Positions 18,959 to 27,999 are shown, counted from the first letter of the stretch. The stretch: DNA of 32,000 nucleotides from Candidatus Electrothrix sp. GW3-4 (GCF_037902255.1 NZ_CP147990.1:1080001-1112000), one strand, 5' to 3'. Notes: a model not told the origin generated them from the sequence alone. Numbers and translations: made by a program.

Positions 18959-20023
18959 TCAGTACAACCGCCGAAAGGCCGAGGCCTTGAACACGGCCAC
19001 CACCGCGCTTCCGGGTCGGATATTCAGTTCATCCACGGATTGCGGCACAATCTCGGCGATTAGGGTGTTTCCCTGGTAACCCTGACATTCCAGCTCAACC
19101 CCCACTAACCAATCCGTTTCGTAAGTTCTCCGCACGGTACAGGAAAGCATATTACGGGCACTGGAGGCATCAGGATGCTTCTTGAAGAGGATAATATCCC
19201 GACCATTCAGAGAGAATTCTCCTGGGCGCTGATCCGGGGCCTTGACCAGCATCAGCGGAACCTTACCCCAGCGACAGCTGAGTAACTTACCCAGGTCCTT
19301 CATTCCATCCAGATGGAGGAGATTGGTATATCCCTGTCCACCAGTACCGAAGCTGGTGCGGGCAAGCTCTTCTGTAGCCAGCTGCTGCTCCAGCTTGCCC
19401 TGTCGCATCACCAGCACCTCTTCGGTCATCATGCGCAGCTCCTGAAGGCTGTGGCTGATAAAGAGCATGGGGATAGAGAACTCGGCAAAGACCTGCTGAA
19501 GCTGGGGAATGATTTGATATTTCAGGGTGCCGTCCAGGCCAGAAAGGGGTTCGTCCAACAGGATAAGCTGGGGATTGGCCAGGATAGTTCGGCCCAGGGC
19601 CACCCGTTGGCGCTCTCCACCAGAGAGCTTGGTCACGTTGCGGGACAGCAGCTTGTCGATTTGCAGAACCCTGATCAGATGATCCGGGTCAATGGCGCGT
19701 TCCTCCTTAGGCAGGCGGTTCATGCCGTAGAACAGGTTCCGTTGCACGCTCATATGCGGGAAGAGATGGGCATGCTGGAAGACCACGCCCACCCGGCGTC
19801 TGTCCGGCGGCAGGCTGATCTTCTGCTTATCGTCAAACAGAGTGCGCCCGTTGAGGCGGATACAACCGCTGTCCGGCTCCAGCAATCCAGCCAGCATGTG
19901 CATGAGGGTGGACTTGCCACTGCCCGACGGCCCGAACACGCCGCATTGTTTATTGTCCAGGGAAAAGGCGGCATGACAGGTGATGCCGGGGAAGTTCCTG
20001 GTCACATCTACTTCGAGAAACAT
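18959..20023 (-). CDS. modC: Molybdate ABC transporter ATP-binding protein with C-terminal TOBE/Mop domain
   Basis: It has Walker A GPSGSGKST, the ABC signature LSGGERQRV and Walker B LILLDEP. A C-terminal TOBE-like beta domain is present, and the gene is adjacent to modB. Confidence 0.9.
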   Translation of the reverse strand: MFLEVDVTRNFPGITCHAAFSLDNKQCGVFGPSGSGKSTLMHMLAGLLEPDSGCIRLNGRTLFDDKQKISLPPDRRRVGVVFQHAHLFPHMSVQRNLFYGMNRLPKEERAIDPDHLIRVLQIDKLLSRNVTKLSGGERQRVALGRTILANPQLILLDEPLSGLDGTLKYQIIPQLQQVFAEFSIPMLFISHSLQELRMMTEEVLVMRQGKLEQQLATEELARTSFGTGGQGYTNLLHLDGMKDLGKLLSCRWGKVPLMLVKAPDQRPGEFSLNGRDIILFKKHPDASSARNMLSCTVRRTYETDWLVGVELECQGYQGNTLIAEIVPQSVDELNIRPGSAVVAVFKASAFRRLY

Positions 20024-20026
20024 GGG

Positions 20027-20707
20027 CTACCTCCTGGCCAGGGTGCGGTTGGCTGCCTCGCCGATGAGCAACACGGCAAAGGAGAGCAGGATGGAGATAA
20101 GGCAGAGGGACAGGGCCATGCTGTCGCCGCCCGGCGTGCTGGTGTACTCGTAGATAGCTAGGGGGATGGTCTGGGTGATACCGGGGATATTACCGGCCAG
20201 CACGATGGTCGCGCCGAACTCACCCAGGCTGCGGGCGAACATCAGGGTCATGCCTGCGAGGATGGCCCGGCTGCACAGAGGCACGGTGATGGTGAACAGG
20301 GTGTCCCACCATTTCGCGCCCAGGGTTCTGGATGCCTGGATGTACTGGCGGTCAATGCCTTCCATGCCGATGCGGATGGAGCGGACCAGCAAGGGGAAAC
20401 CTACCACCGCAGAGGCGATCACCGCCCCACGCAGGGTGAAGATGATACGGATGTCGAACTTGTCCAGCAGTCCGCCGATCCAGCCTTTGCGTCCAAAGAG
20501 CAAGAGGAGTAGGTAACCGGTCACCACTGGAGGCAGAACTAGGGGCAGGTTGATCACGCCCTCCAGCAGGGCTTTGCCCCGCATGTTGCTTAGAGCCAGG
20601 AGGTAGGCCACGGCAAAGCCGGGTGGTAGGGCAATGATCGTCGCGGTGACGGCCACTTGCATGGAGAGTTTAATAGCTTGGATGTCGTCGGGGGAGAGGT
20701 TGAGCAT
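20027..20707 (-). CDS. modB: Molybdate ABC transporter permease
   Basis: The 226-aa product has the CysTW/ModB-type permease EAA loop (ASRTLGAKWWDTLFTITVPL). It lies 3 nt upstream of modC. Confidence 0.9.
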   Translation of the reverse strand: MLNLSPDDIQAIKLSMQVAVTATIIALPPGFAVAYLLALSNMRGKALLEGVINLPLVLPPVVTGYLLLLLFGRKGWIGGLLDKFDIRIIFTLRGAVIASAVVGFPLLVRSIRIGMEGIDRQYIQASRTLGAKWWDTLFTITVPLCSRAILAGMTLMFARSLGEFGATIVLAGNIPGITQTIPLAIYEYTSTPGGDSMALSLCLISILLSFAVLLIGEAANRTLARR

Positions 20708-20709
20708 GT
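20617..20709. repeat. Direct repeat copy 1 (93 bp; covers the functional modB start and first 31 codons)
   Basis: It is identical to 21433..21525 except for three T/C transitions, at 20624/21440, 20627/21443 and 20638/21454. Confidence 0.9.
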
Positions 20710-20758
20710 TATACGTTTTTTAATTGTGAGTAACAAAGGGCGATGTTATCCTGTAACT

Positions 20759-21245
20759 ATGAGTAAAACGGTTTATATCGAAACAAGTATCATCAGCTAT
20801 CTGGCGTCCTGGCCCAGCCGTGACCTCATCGCAGCAGGTCATCAGCAGCTTACGCATGACTGGTGGAGTGCTGAACGGGAAGACTTTTCCGTTTACGTCT
20901 CCGCTTTGGTTCTCAAAGAGGCCAGTGCCGGAGATACTACAGCAGCTTCGGCCCGATTGCAATGGCTGCGGGGCATTCCTCTGGTTGATATTACACCGGA
21001 AGCTGAAGAGTTATCTGAACTTCTGATTCGGCAGGCGGCACTTCCGGAAAAGGCGGCGGCAGACGCATTGCATATAGATAGCCGCCTACCATCGTCTTGA
21101 TTTTCTGCTCACTTGGAACTGCAAGCATATTGCGAATGCGGTCAAGCGTCCGCTCATTGAGCATGTCTGCCGCGAATACGGTTTCGAGCCGCCCATCCTT
21201 TGCACCCCTGAAGAATTGACAGGAGGAAGAAATCATGTGGAATGA
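20759..21245 (+). pseudogene. PIN-domain (VapC-like) toxin gene, frameshifted
   Basis: MSKTVYIETSIISYL...LVLKEASAGD...EKAAADALHI runs to about 21077 and stops at 21100. The frame then shifts and continues IAAYHRLDFLLTWNCKHIANAVKRPLIEHVCREYGFEPPILCTPEEL up to the TGA at 21245. The shift is at CATATAGATAGCC. Confidence 0.65.
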
Positions 21246-21453
21246 TCCTATTGTTGAAGAAACACGCCGTCTGCGTGATGAATTCGCGAAAAAGCATAAC
21301 TACAGCATCCGGGCAATGGTTGCAGAGTTGAAGCAATGGGAACAGGAGGGATTTCCGTTGCCTCGGCGGACAGATCAGGAGAACCCTTCGGCACAATGCT
21401 CCGACTCCGATTGCACGGCAGCCGCACAGCGGAGCCGGGCGGCAGGGCAATGA
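21235..21453 (+). CDS. Small partner protein of the PIN gene (putative antitoxin-like), C-terminus runs into the modB-fragment repeat
   Basis: AGGAGGAAG precedes the ATG at 21235, and the start overlaps the PIN gene end (ATGTGGAATGA). From memory, MWNDPIVEETRRLRDEFAKKHNYSIRAMVAELK resembles small proteins found downstream of this PIN family. The last 7 codons are antisense modB repeat sequence. Confidence 0.5.
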   Translation: MWNDPIVEETRRLRDEFAKKHNYSIRAMVAELKQWEQEGFPLPRRTDQENPSAQCSDSDCTAAAQRSRAAGQ

Positions 21454-21525
21454 CCGTCGCGGTGACGGCCACTTGCATGGAGAGTTTAATAGCTTGGATG
21501 TCGTCGGGGGAGAGGTTGAGCATGT
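21433..21525. repeat. Direct repeat copy 2 (orphan modB 5' fragment, 31 codons, minus strand)
   Basis: It encodes MLNLSPDDIQAIKLSMQVAVTATVIALPPG and then diverges. The real modB reads ...TATIIALPPGFAVAY. Confidence 0.9.
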
Positions 21526-21633
21526 GGTGTTTGTTCGTCGGGTAGTTACTGTGATAAGGAAAAATGTTTGCCGGTTCCGAGCTTATTGATTACTATATTC
21601 CCTTTGACCCATTATTTTTTTGATGGAGCTGTC

Positions 21634-22242
21634 GTGGATAAAAATATATCACAACATATTGCTGGTTCTAGTAATGTTTTGTCAGGAACAGTTCATACAA
21701 ATTACAATGTAAATATACCACAGCAGGTTGTTGGTGACGCTAATATTGTTTCTGGATCAGGTGAAGTTTATATACATCAATCTGATAAGGGGCCTAATAT
21801 ATCAACAGAACAGGCGTTTGAAAGAATTGGCGCGGCAGTTAAACTGAATCTGACTCAACTACAGAGTAATATCGAACAAGCGAGAAGTGAATCAAATCAA
21901 TTCTTTAAATTGATGCTTATCTTCTCTGCTTTTGGTTTTAGCATTGTCCTTGGCGGAGTTGCGTTATTGCTCATAGGGCAGACAACCGCAGGTATAGTAA
22001 CAGCGATTTCGAGTATTATTCCTGAAGTTACAGCAGCATTGTTCTTTACAAAAGATAAGGAATTAAGGCGTACAATTCATAATTACCACGCTCATATGCT
22101 TGATTCTCAAAGATTACTTACCATGATTGATGTCGCTGAGACTATTGAGAATAATGAAGAGAAAGATAAGATGAAACAGAGAATAATTATCAACGCATTA
22201 AATATTCCTGCTTCATCTAGTTCAACAAATACCATAAAATAG
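21634..22242 (+). CDS. AT-rich orphan membrane protein: N-terminal short repeats, coiled coil, 2-TM hairpin, helical tail
   Basis: GGAG lies 5 nt before the GTG at 21634; the track ORF starts at a TTG at 21568. TM segments are FFKLMLIFSAFGFSIVLGGVALLLIG and GIVTAISSIIPEVTAALFF. From memory, the C-terminal half resembles the 2-TM membrane domain found associated with TRADD-N conflict-system proteins. This is unverified. Confidence 0.55.
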   Translation: MDKNISQHIAGSSNVLSGTVHTNYNVNIPQQVVGDANIVSGSGEVYIHQSDKGPNISTEQAFERIGAAVKLNLTQLQSNIEQARSESNQFFKLMLIFSAFGFSIVLGGVALLLIGQTTAGIVTAISSIIPEVTAALFFTKDKELRRTIHNYHAHMLDSQRLLTMIDVAETIENNEEKDKMKQRIIINALNIPASSSSTNTIK

Positions 22243-22397
22243 CTCCCGGCAAACTTCCCAAAGGCACACGCCTACTCCGGCAGACCAGCCGGTTCATAGC
22301 ACTATCAACTCCCTCTCCATAACGCTATGAACGGATCAATGTACTCTCTATGAACCCTTCCTTTATAGCGTTATAAACTCTCCCGCCATACCACTAT

Positions 22398-24148
22398 CCC
22401 ACATTCCGCACGTTGACATCTCAGAAAAATATTTTATAACCTGCTACTACAGAACTATATTTTTCTCATTAATCAGACAGGATGTATGGAAAGCAAAACA
22501 ACTCTTTTATCGCAGGAATGCTCCAGTAAGATTCTCAATCATTTGGGTTTAGTAGCCGGTACGTATGATGAACTCGGACTGGGCGAGTTAATTGACAGTT
22601 TGATTCCTCAGGATAAAGAGAAACGGGTGGTCTCGGTCGGTCAGGCAGTTAAGGCGATGGTTGTTAATGGGTTGGGGTTCGCAAATCGGGCACTGTATCT
22701 GACCCCGCATTTTTTTCAGGACAAGCCTGTGGATCGACTCATCGGAGAAGGCATTAAGGCTCATGACCTGAACGACACAGTGTTAGGTCGGGCCTTGGAT
22801 ACAATTTACAAGCATAATCCCGAAGAGTTATATGCGTATCTTGCGGTCAGGACAGTTGAGCGTCTCGGATTATTTGTCCGTTTCGGCCACTTGGATTCAA
22901 CAAGCTTTCATACCGATGGCAGCTATCAGGACAACGGATCAGAAGAGGAAGATGGTGTTGTTCGGATTACAAAAGGCTACAGTCGTGATCATCGTCCAGA
23001 TCTAAACCAGATTGTTTTGCAGCTGATTTGTGAACGACAAGCTGGTATCCCGCTTCTCATGAAACCGCTCAGTGGCAACAGTAGCGACAAAACAGATTTT
23101 CGGAAAACAATTCAAGCGCATATTGATCAGCTGAAAAACGATTTCATTCTGAAGTATCTGGTTGCAGACAGTGCTCTCTATACAGCGGAGACACTCAGGG
23201 AATTGAGCAGGATCTTGTGGATTTCCCGAGTGCCGGAGACCTTGGCCCTGTCCCGGGAAGTTATCCATGCAGTAGCACCAGATTTGATGAAGGATCCAGA
23301 ACAAGCAGCTTTTCGCAGTCTCGGGATAGAGTATGGCGATGTCAGGCAGCGCTGGTTAGTTGTCTATTCTCCTGAAGCATATCAACGAAGTCTCAAGACC
23401 GTGAACAAAAAATGTCTGAAGTTGAGCACAGCTGAGGCCAAGCAGTTCGATAAATTATGCAAGCAGGATTTTTCTTGCGAGGCTGATGCGTTAAAGGCCT
23501 TATCCCGTTTTGAAAACAAACTGAAAATGCTCTCAATTCATGGCGCTCATGTTGTTGCCTTGCCTCGTCATGCGGGTAAAGGACGACCTGCCAAGGGGAA
23601 ACATCCAGATTTTTATGTTTATCGAATTGAAGGCAACCCAGCATCCCTGCTTCATGAGAGAACTCGGTTGTTGGAGCGAAAAAGCTGTTTTATTCTGGCA
23701 ACGAACCAGTTGGATTGCGAAGAGTTGTCCGATGAGGAACTTCGGGAAGCGTACAAAGATCAGCAAAAGGTTGAGCGGGGCTTTCGCTTCCTCAAAGATC
23801 CATTTTTCATGGCTTCCACTCTTTTCCTGAAATCTCGAAAACGTATTATGGCCCTGATGATGGTCATGACCCTTTGCCTTCTCGTTTATGCAGCTTTAGA
23901 GTATCGTATCCGGGAAGAGCTTGATACAAATAACGAAACTTTCCCAAATCAGAAGGGAAAGCCTGTTTCTGCTCCTACAGCCCGTTGGGTATTTCAGTTT
24001 TTTTCAGGAATTCATGTGCTGATTATCGGGGGTGCGCAACAAGCAGTCTTAAATCTGAATGAACACCACCTGCGTCTACTCAAATTGTTGGGTGTGAGGT
24101 ATGAAATACTATATTCCTGAAATTGACAAAGGGTATGCGGAATGTGGG
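22398..24148 (+). mobile_element. IS1634-family (IS4-superfamily) insertion sequence, about 1.75 kb
   Basis: The 13-bp terminal inverted repeat is CCCACATTCCGCA at 22398-22410 and its reverse complement at 24136-24148, or 15/16 bp if extended by 3 bp. It brackets the transposase ORF. No flanking target-site duplication was seen. Confidence 0.7.
22486..24120 (+). CDS. IS1634-family DDE transposase
   Basis: The 544-aa product carries HLDSTSFHTDGSY and ITKGYSRDHRPDLNQ, which are characteristic of IS1634/IS4-type transposases. Confidence 0.8.
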   Translation: MESKTTLLSQECSSKILNHLGLVAGTYDELGLGELIDSLIPQDKEKRVVSVGQAVKAMVVNGLGFANRALYLTPHFFQDKPVDRLIGEGIKAHDLNDTVLGRALDTIYKHNPEELYAYLAVRTVERLGLFVRFGHLDSTSFHTDGSYQDNGSEEEDGVVRITKGYSRDHRPDLNQIVLQLICERQAGIPLLMKPLSGNSSDKTDFRKTIQAHIDQLKNDFILKYLVADSALYTAETLRELSRILWISRVPETLALSREVIHAVAPDLMKDPEQAAFRSLGIEYGDVRQRWLVVYSPEAYQRSLKTVNKKCLKLSTAEAKQFDKLCKQDFSCEADALKALSRFENKLKMLSIHGAHVVALPRHAGKGRPAKGKHPDFYVYRIEGNPASLLHERTRLLERKSCFILATNQLDCEELSDEELREAYKDQQKVERGFRFLKDPFFMASTLFLKSRKRIMALMMVMTLCLLVYAALEYRIREELDTNNETFPNQKGKPVSAPTARWVFQFFSGIHVLIIGGAQQAVLNLNEHHLRLLKLLGVRYEILYS

Positions 24149-24273
24149 TTACTTGTAGTGCCTGGGTGGTTTTGCCGAAAGCAGGGGGAGGAACCGCAAC
24201 TGAATTCGGAGCCGACGTTATCCGGGCCGACATATCCGTTACGGGAGGAATCTCTTTGCGGAAGATGTCGCAA

Positions 24274-24633
24274 TCAGTCAGAGCCGCTGCATGGAGAATG
24301 CGTCATCAGATACTGTTCCAACGCCTCAGTAACAACCTTGTTCAGATTCGAGCCGCATTCTAGCGCATATATTGCCGCCCTGCGATGGAGGTCGCAGCCT
24401 GTCCGTACATTGAAACTTCCCTTGAAAGGGCGTTCCGGCTCCAGACCTTCTTCTGTGCAGAGGGCCAGGTAATCATCAACTGCTTCCTCAAAAGCCTGTC
24501 GCAGTCCGGCAACATCCGTGCCCTCATAGTTGATTAGGCTTTTTATATATTCCAATTTTCCATAAAAGACCTGATCATCATCACTGTAATGTACAGATCC
24601 CAAATACCCTTTATAACGTATCATGTCTTTCAT
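24274..24633 (-). CDS. hicB: HicB-family antitoxin
   Basis: MIRYKGYLGSVHYSDDDQVFYGKL...FEEAVDDYLALC is a HicB N-domain, and the C-terminal GSFNVRTGCDLHRRAAIYA...LNKVVTEALEQYL is RHH-like. It overlaps hicA by 4 bp. Confidence 0.85.
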   Translation of the reverse strand: MKDMIRYKGYLGSVHYSDDDQVFYGKLEYIKSLINYEGTDVAGLRQAFEEAVDDYLALCTEEGLEPERPFKGSFNVRTGCDLHRRAAIYALECGSNLNKVVTEALEQYLMTHSPCSGSD

Positions 24634-24884
24634 AACAGCCCTTCCTTACGCAAAATTTCTATTACCTGATCCGTCGCATATCTTTTGACGACATTTTGAG
24701 GATGCGGTTTATGCAGCGTGATTACTGAACCGGATTCATGGACAAAGCGTCTCCGTGAGCCTCCTGTCTTTCCTTTCTTCGCTTCCCGGTATCCCAGGTA
24801 TTGCAACAGAGAGGTGAGTTCATCCCAAGTAGTATCTCTCTTACGATCCAGTAGTTTTGCCGCCAATTTGTCTTTTCGACTCAA
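24630..24884 (-). CDS. hicA: HicA-family mRNA interferase toxin
   Basis: WDELTSLLQYLGY...KGKTGGSRRRFVH....ITLHKPHP fits the HicA pattern. The TTG at 24884 is preceded by AGGAGG. The track start (TTG at 24938) falls inside the promoter palindrome, so it is less likely. Confidence 0.8.
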   Translation of the reverse strand: MSRKDKLAAKLLDRKRDTTWDELTSLLQYLGYREAKKGKTGGSRRRFVHESGSVITLHKPHPQNVVKRYATDQVIEILRKEGLL

Positions 24885-24933
24885 CCTTTCCTCCTGTTTA
24901 CTCAATATAATAGTATAGGGATCTTTACTGTTG

Positions 24934-24953
24934 TGCAACTATAATTAGTTGCA
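24934..24953 (-). promoter_or_regulatory. Perfect 20-bp palindrome, putative hicAB operator overlapping a -10-like box
   Basis: The palindrome is TGCAACTA-TAAT-TAGTTGCA, 50-70 nt upstream of the hicA start. In the minus-strand reading it contains TATAGT. Confidence 0.5.
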
Positions 24954-25018
24954 TTTATTGTCGAGGAAACCGCTTTTTAGAGCTGTTGTATGTCAAATTG
25001 CGTAGATACTGTTATCTC

Positions 25019-25024
25019 CGTCAA
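25019..25024 (-). promoter_or_regulatory. -35 half (TTGACG) of a split promoter at the element's 3' end
   Basis: Joining the right end to the left end gives TTGACG-gagataacagtatcttg-TATTAT, with a 17-nt spacer. Confidence 0.6.
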
Positions 25025-25220
25025 GGCTTTTTTGTGTAGCACGGCCCTCAAAGCAGTCAAGGCCATGCCCTTCGGGTGCTCGCTCGGGCTCGCAGCCCTG
25101 ACAGCTTTTCGTTCCTGCGCTGAACCTGAAAACGGCGACGCGGAGGAACGCCTCCGGCGGGGCTCGGACAAAAGAGCTGACTATGGAAAAACAATATGTT
25201 GTATGTTTAGTTTATGCGTA

Positions 25221-26386
<1,166 letters not shown>

Positions 26387-26392
26387 AATTTC

Positions 26393-26398
26393 ATAATA
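26393..26398 (-). promoter_or_regulatory. -10 half (TATTAT) of the split promoter at the element's 5' end
   Basis: It lies 2 nt inside the left end. It pairs with the -35 at 25019..25024 only in a circularised or tandem junction, which would place a transcription start at about 26386 in the 5' hairpin. Confidence 0.6.
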
Positions 26399-26436
26399 CA
26401 AGGTCTGATAGAGTGCAACGAAATCAGACGAGCTGA

Positions 26437-27897
26437 TTACCCTAGAAATTTACGAAGCAACGCGGCCCGCACCAACATGTCTGTCGTATGCGATGAATCA
26501 CCCCGCTGGAGATCACTACGGATCCGCCGGACAATAGCAAGATGCTCTTCATTCGTGGTCCATTGCAGGCCTGAGTTCTCCAGCGCATTCCGCAGAGAAT
26601 CCGTGATAAAGGGGCTCTCCATATCAGCGAACTGCAAGGCATCTTGGAGTTTATCGTCAAAGGAAGGGTAGACCTCCAGCATAAAGGCCAGATCGTCCCT
26701 GCTCAGTTCCTCAAAGGCAATGAGTTCCGGCGGGAATCCCAGCGAATACAAGGCGCAGGTAAAGGAGATTGCACGGGGCAGGCTCACCTCGCCGATCTCA
26801 CGGGAATACCCAAATAGACCAACATGGAGCTTGCGGGCGCGGCGACCCGGAATGTACTTGGCCATTCGGTTGATATGGGGTGCCAGTTCAATAAGGCGGT
26901 GCCGATAGGTCTTGCTATAGCGCGCAATAATGGACTCGGCTCGCTCAATATCGATGGGAGCCGCTCGTCCGATGGTGCGTTCTCTAAGATGCCTGCATGC
27001 GGCCCGGACTTCATCCACTGGATAGTCGAATTTAAAGGCTGACTGGATGGAAAAGGTGGGAACGCTGGGGTACTCGCGGCCAACTCGCTCTGCGGTTCGC
27101 GGGGAAAGACCGCCCCGGAACGGAGCCGAGCCCATACCGAGGATGGGATGGATGCGCACACCACTATGCTGGGAAAGATCATCCAGGCGCTCAAGGGCGA
27201 TTTTATTGGCAAGGGCAGCCGGAACCAGGCCGTAGTTCATGGCTGTGTCGGAACGGGCGAGAAAGACCCGCTGGTCCTCCACATCCTTGTCAGCCAGATA
27301 GTCAGCAACGATGTCTGCGCATTTGAGCATGGATTCCACGTCCTCGAACAGTGGGATGACCTGGATCCGGGAAGGGGCAAAGTCACCGATCCATTCGGCA
27401 ATGGTTATATCCCCACAGCTGAAGCGTTCCTGCTGGCGGCCGATGATGTGGTCTGCATAATAGCGATAGATGCGGTCTATGCAGCAGGCCGAGGTCGCCA
27501 TAGGCAGGATCACCTCAAAGATCGGCGGCACGTCCCGCTCATAGAAGAGTTGGGCAGCATCGTAGGAGCGAGGGATGCTTTCCAGGGTCTCCAGGAGGAT
27601 CTTGCCCTCAGCCTTTTCCACGGTCGGGTTGGGTACGCGGAGGGTGATGCGTAGATCTTCGCCAAGGACATTTTCGCGGAAATACTCAGGGTAATAGGAG
27701 AGCAGCTTCTTGACGACGTAGGTGTCGATTTCTTTGCCTTCCACATCCCACATCTGTTCATCACAACCAAGATGGGAAAAGGCGTAGTAGGCCTCGCGGA
27801 TTTCGTCTTCACCAACCAGCGCTGATCCCGAAGCAAAGAAGGGGATAGAGGCATTATCGGGATGCTGGGTGCTCATGCAGCGGGGAATGTTTATCAT
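26437..27897 (-). CDS. ppcA: Archaeal-type phosphoenolpyruvate carboxylase (PepcA family)
   Basis: The N-terminal IPRCMSTQHPDN is the hallmark of atPEPC, together with VFLARSDTAMNYG and MGSAPFRGG. The product is 486 aa, and GAGGAG lies 5 nt before the ATG. Confidence 0.8.
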   Translation of the reverse strand: MINIPRCMSTQHPDNASIPFFASGSALVGEDEIREAYYAFSHLGCDEQMWDVEGKEIDTYVVKKLLSYYPEYFRENVLGEDLRITLRVPNPTVEKAEGKILLETLESIPRSYDAAQLFYERDVPPIFEVILPMATSACCIDRIYRYYADHIIGRQQERFSCGDITIAEWIGDFAPSRIQVIPLFEDVESMLKCADIVADYLADKDVEDQRVFLARSDTAMNYGLVPAALANKIALERLDDLSQHSGVRIHPILGMGSAPFRGGLSPRTAERVGREYPSVPTFSIQSAFKFDYPVDEVRAACRHLRERTIGRAAPIDIERAESIIARYSKTYRHRLIELAPHINRMAKYIPGRRARKLHVGLFGYSREIGEVSLPRAISFTCALYSLGFPPELIAFEELSRDDLAFMLEVYPSFDDKLQDALQFADMESPFITDSLRNALENSGLQWTTNEEHLAIVRRIRSDLQRGDSSHTTDMLVRAALLRKFLG

Positions 27898-27999
27898 GAT
27901 AGCTCCTCAGTAAGGATGGTAGAATATTCTTTGGGCAGAGTCGGCTTCAGATTATGAGCAGGATAACATATTCTGGAGAGATGCAGGCCGAGTCAGGGA

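Noticed and set aside
24984-25206. 10-nt direct repeat TGTTGTATGT at 24984-24993 (just outside the IS110 right junction) and 25197-25206 (inside the right end).
   Set aside because: It is not anchored on the CT core and has no counterpart role in the guide model. Isolated 10-mers are expected to recur by chance many times in 32 kb.
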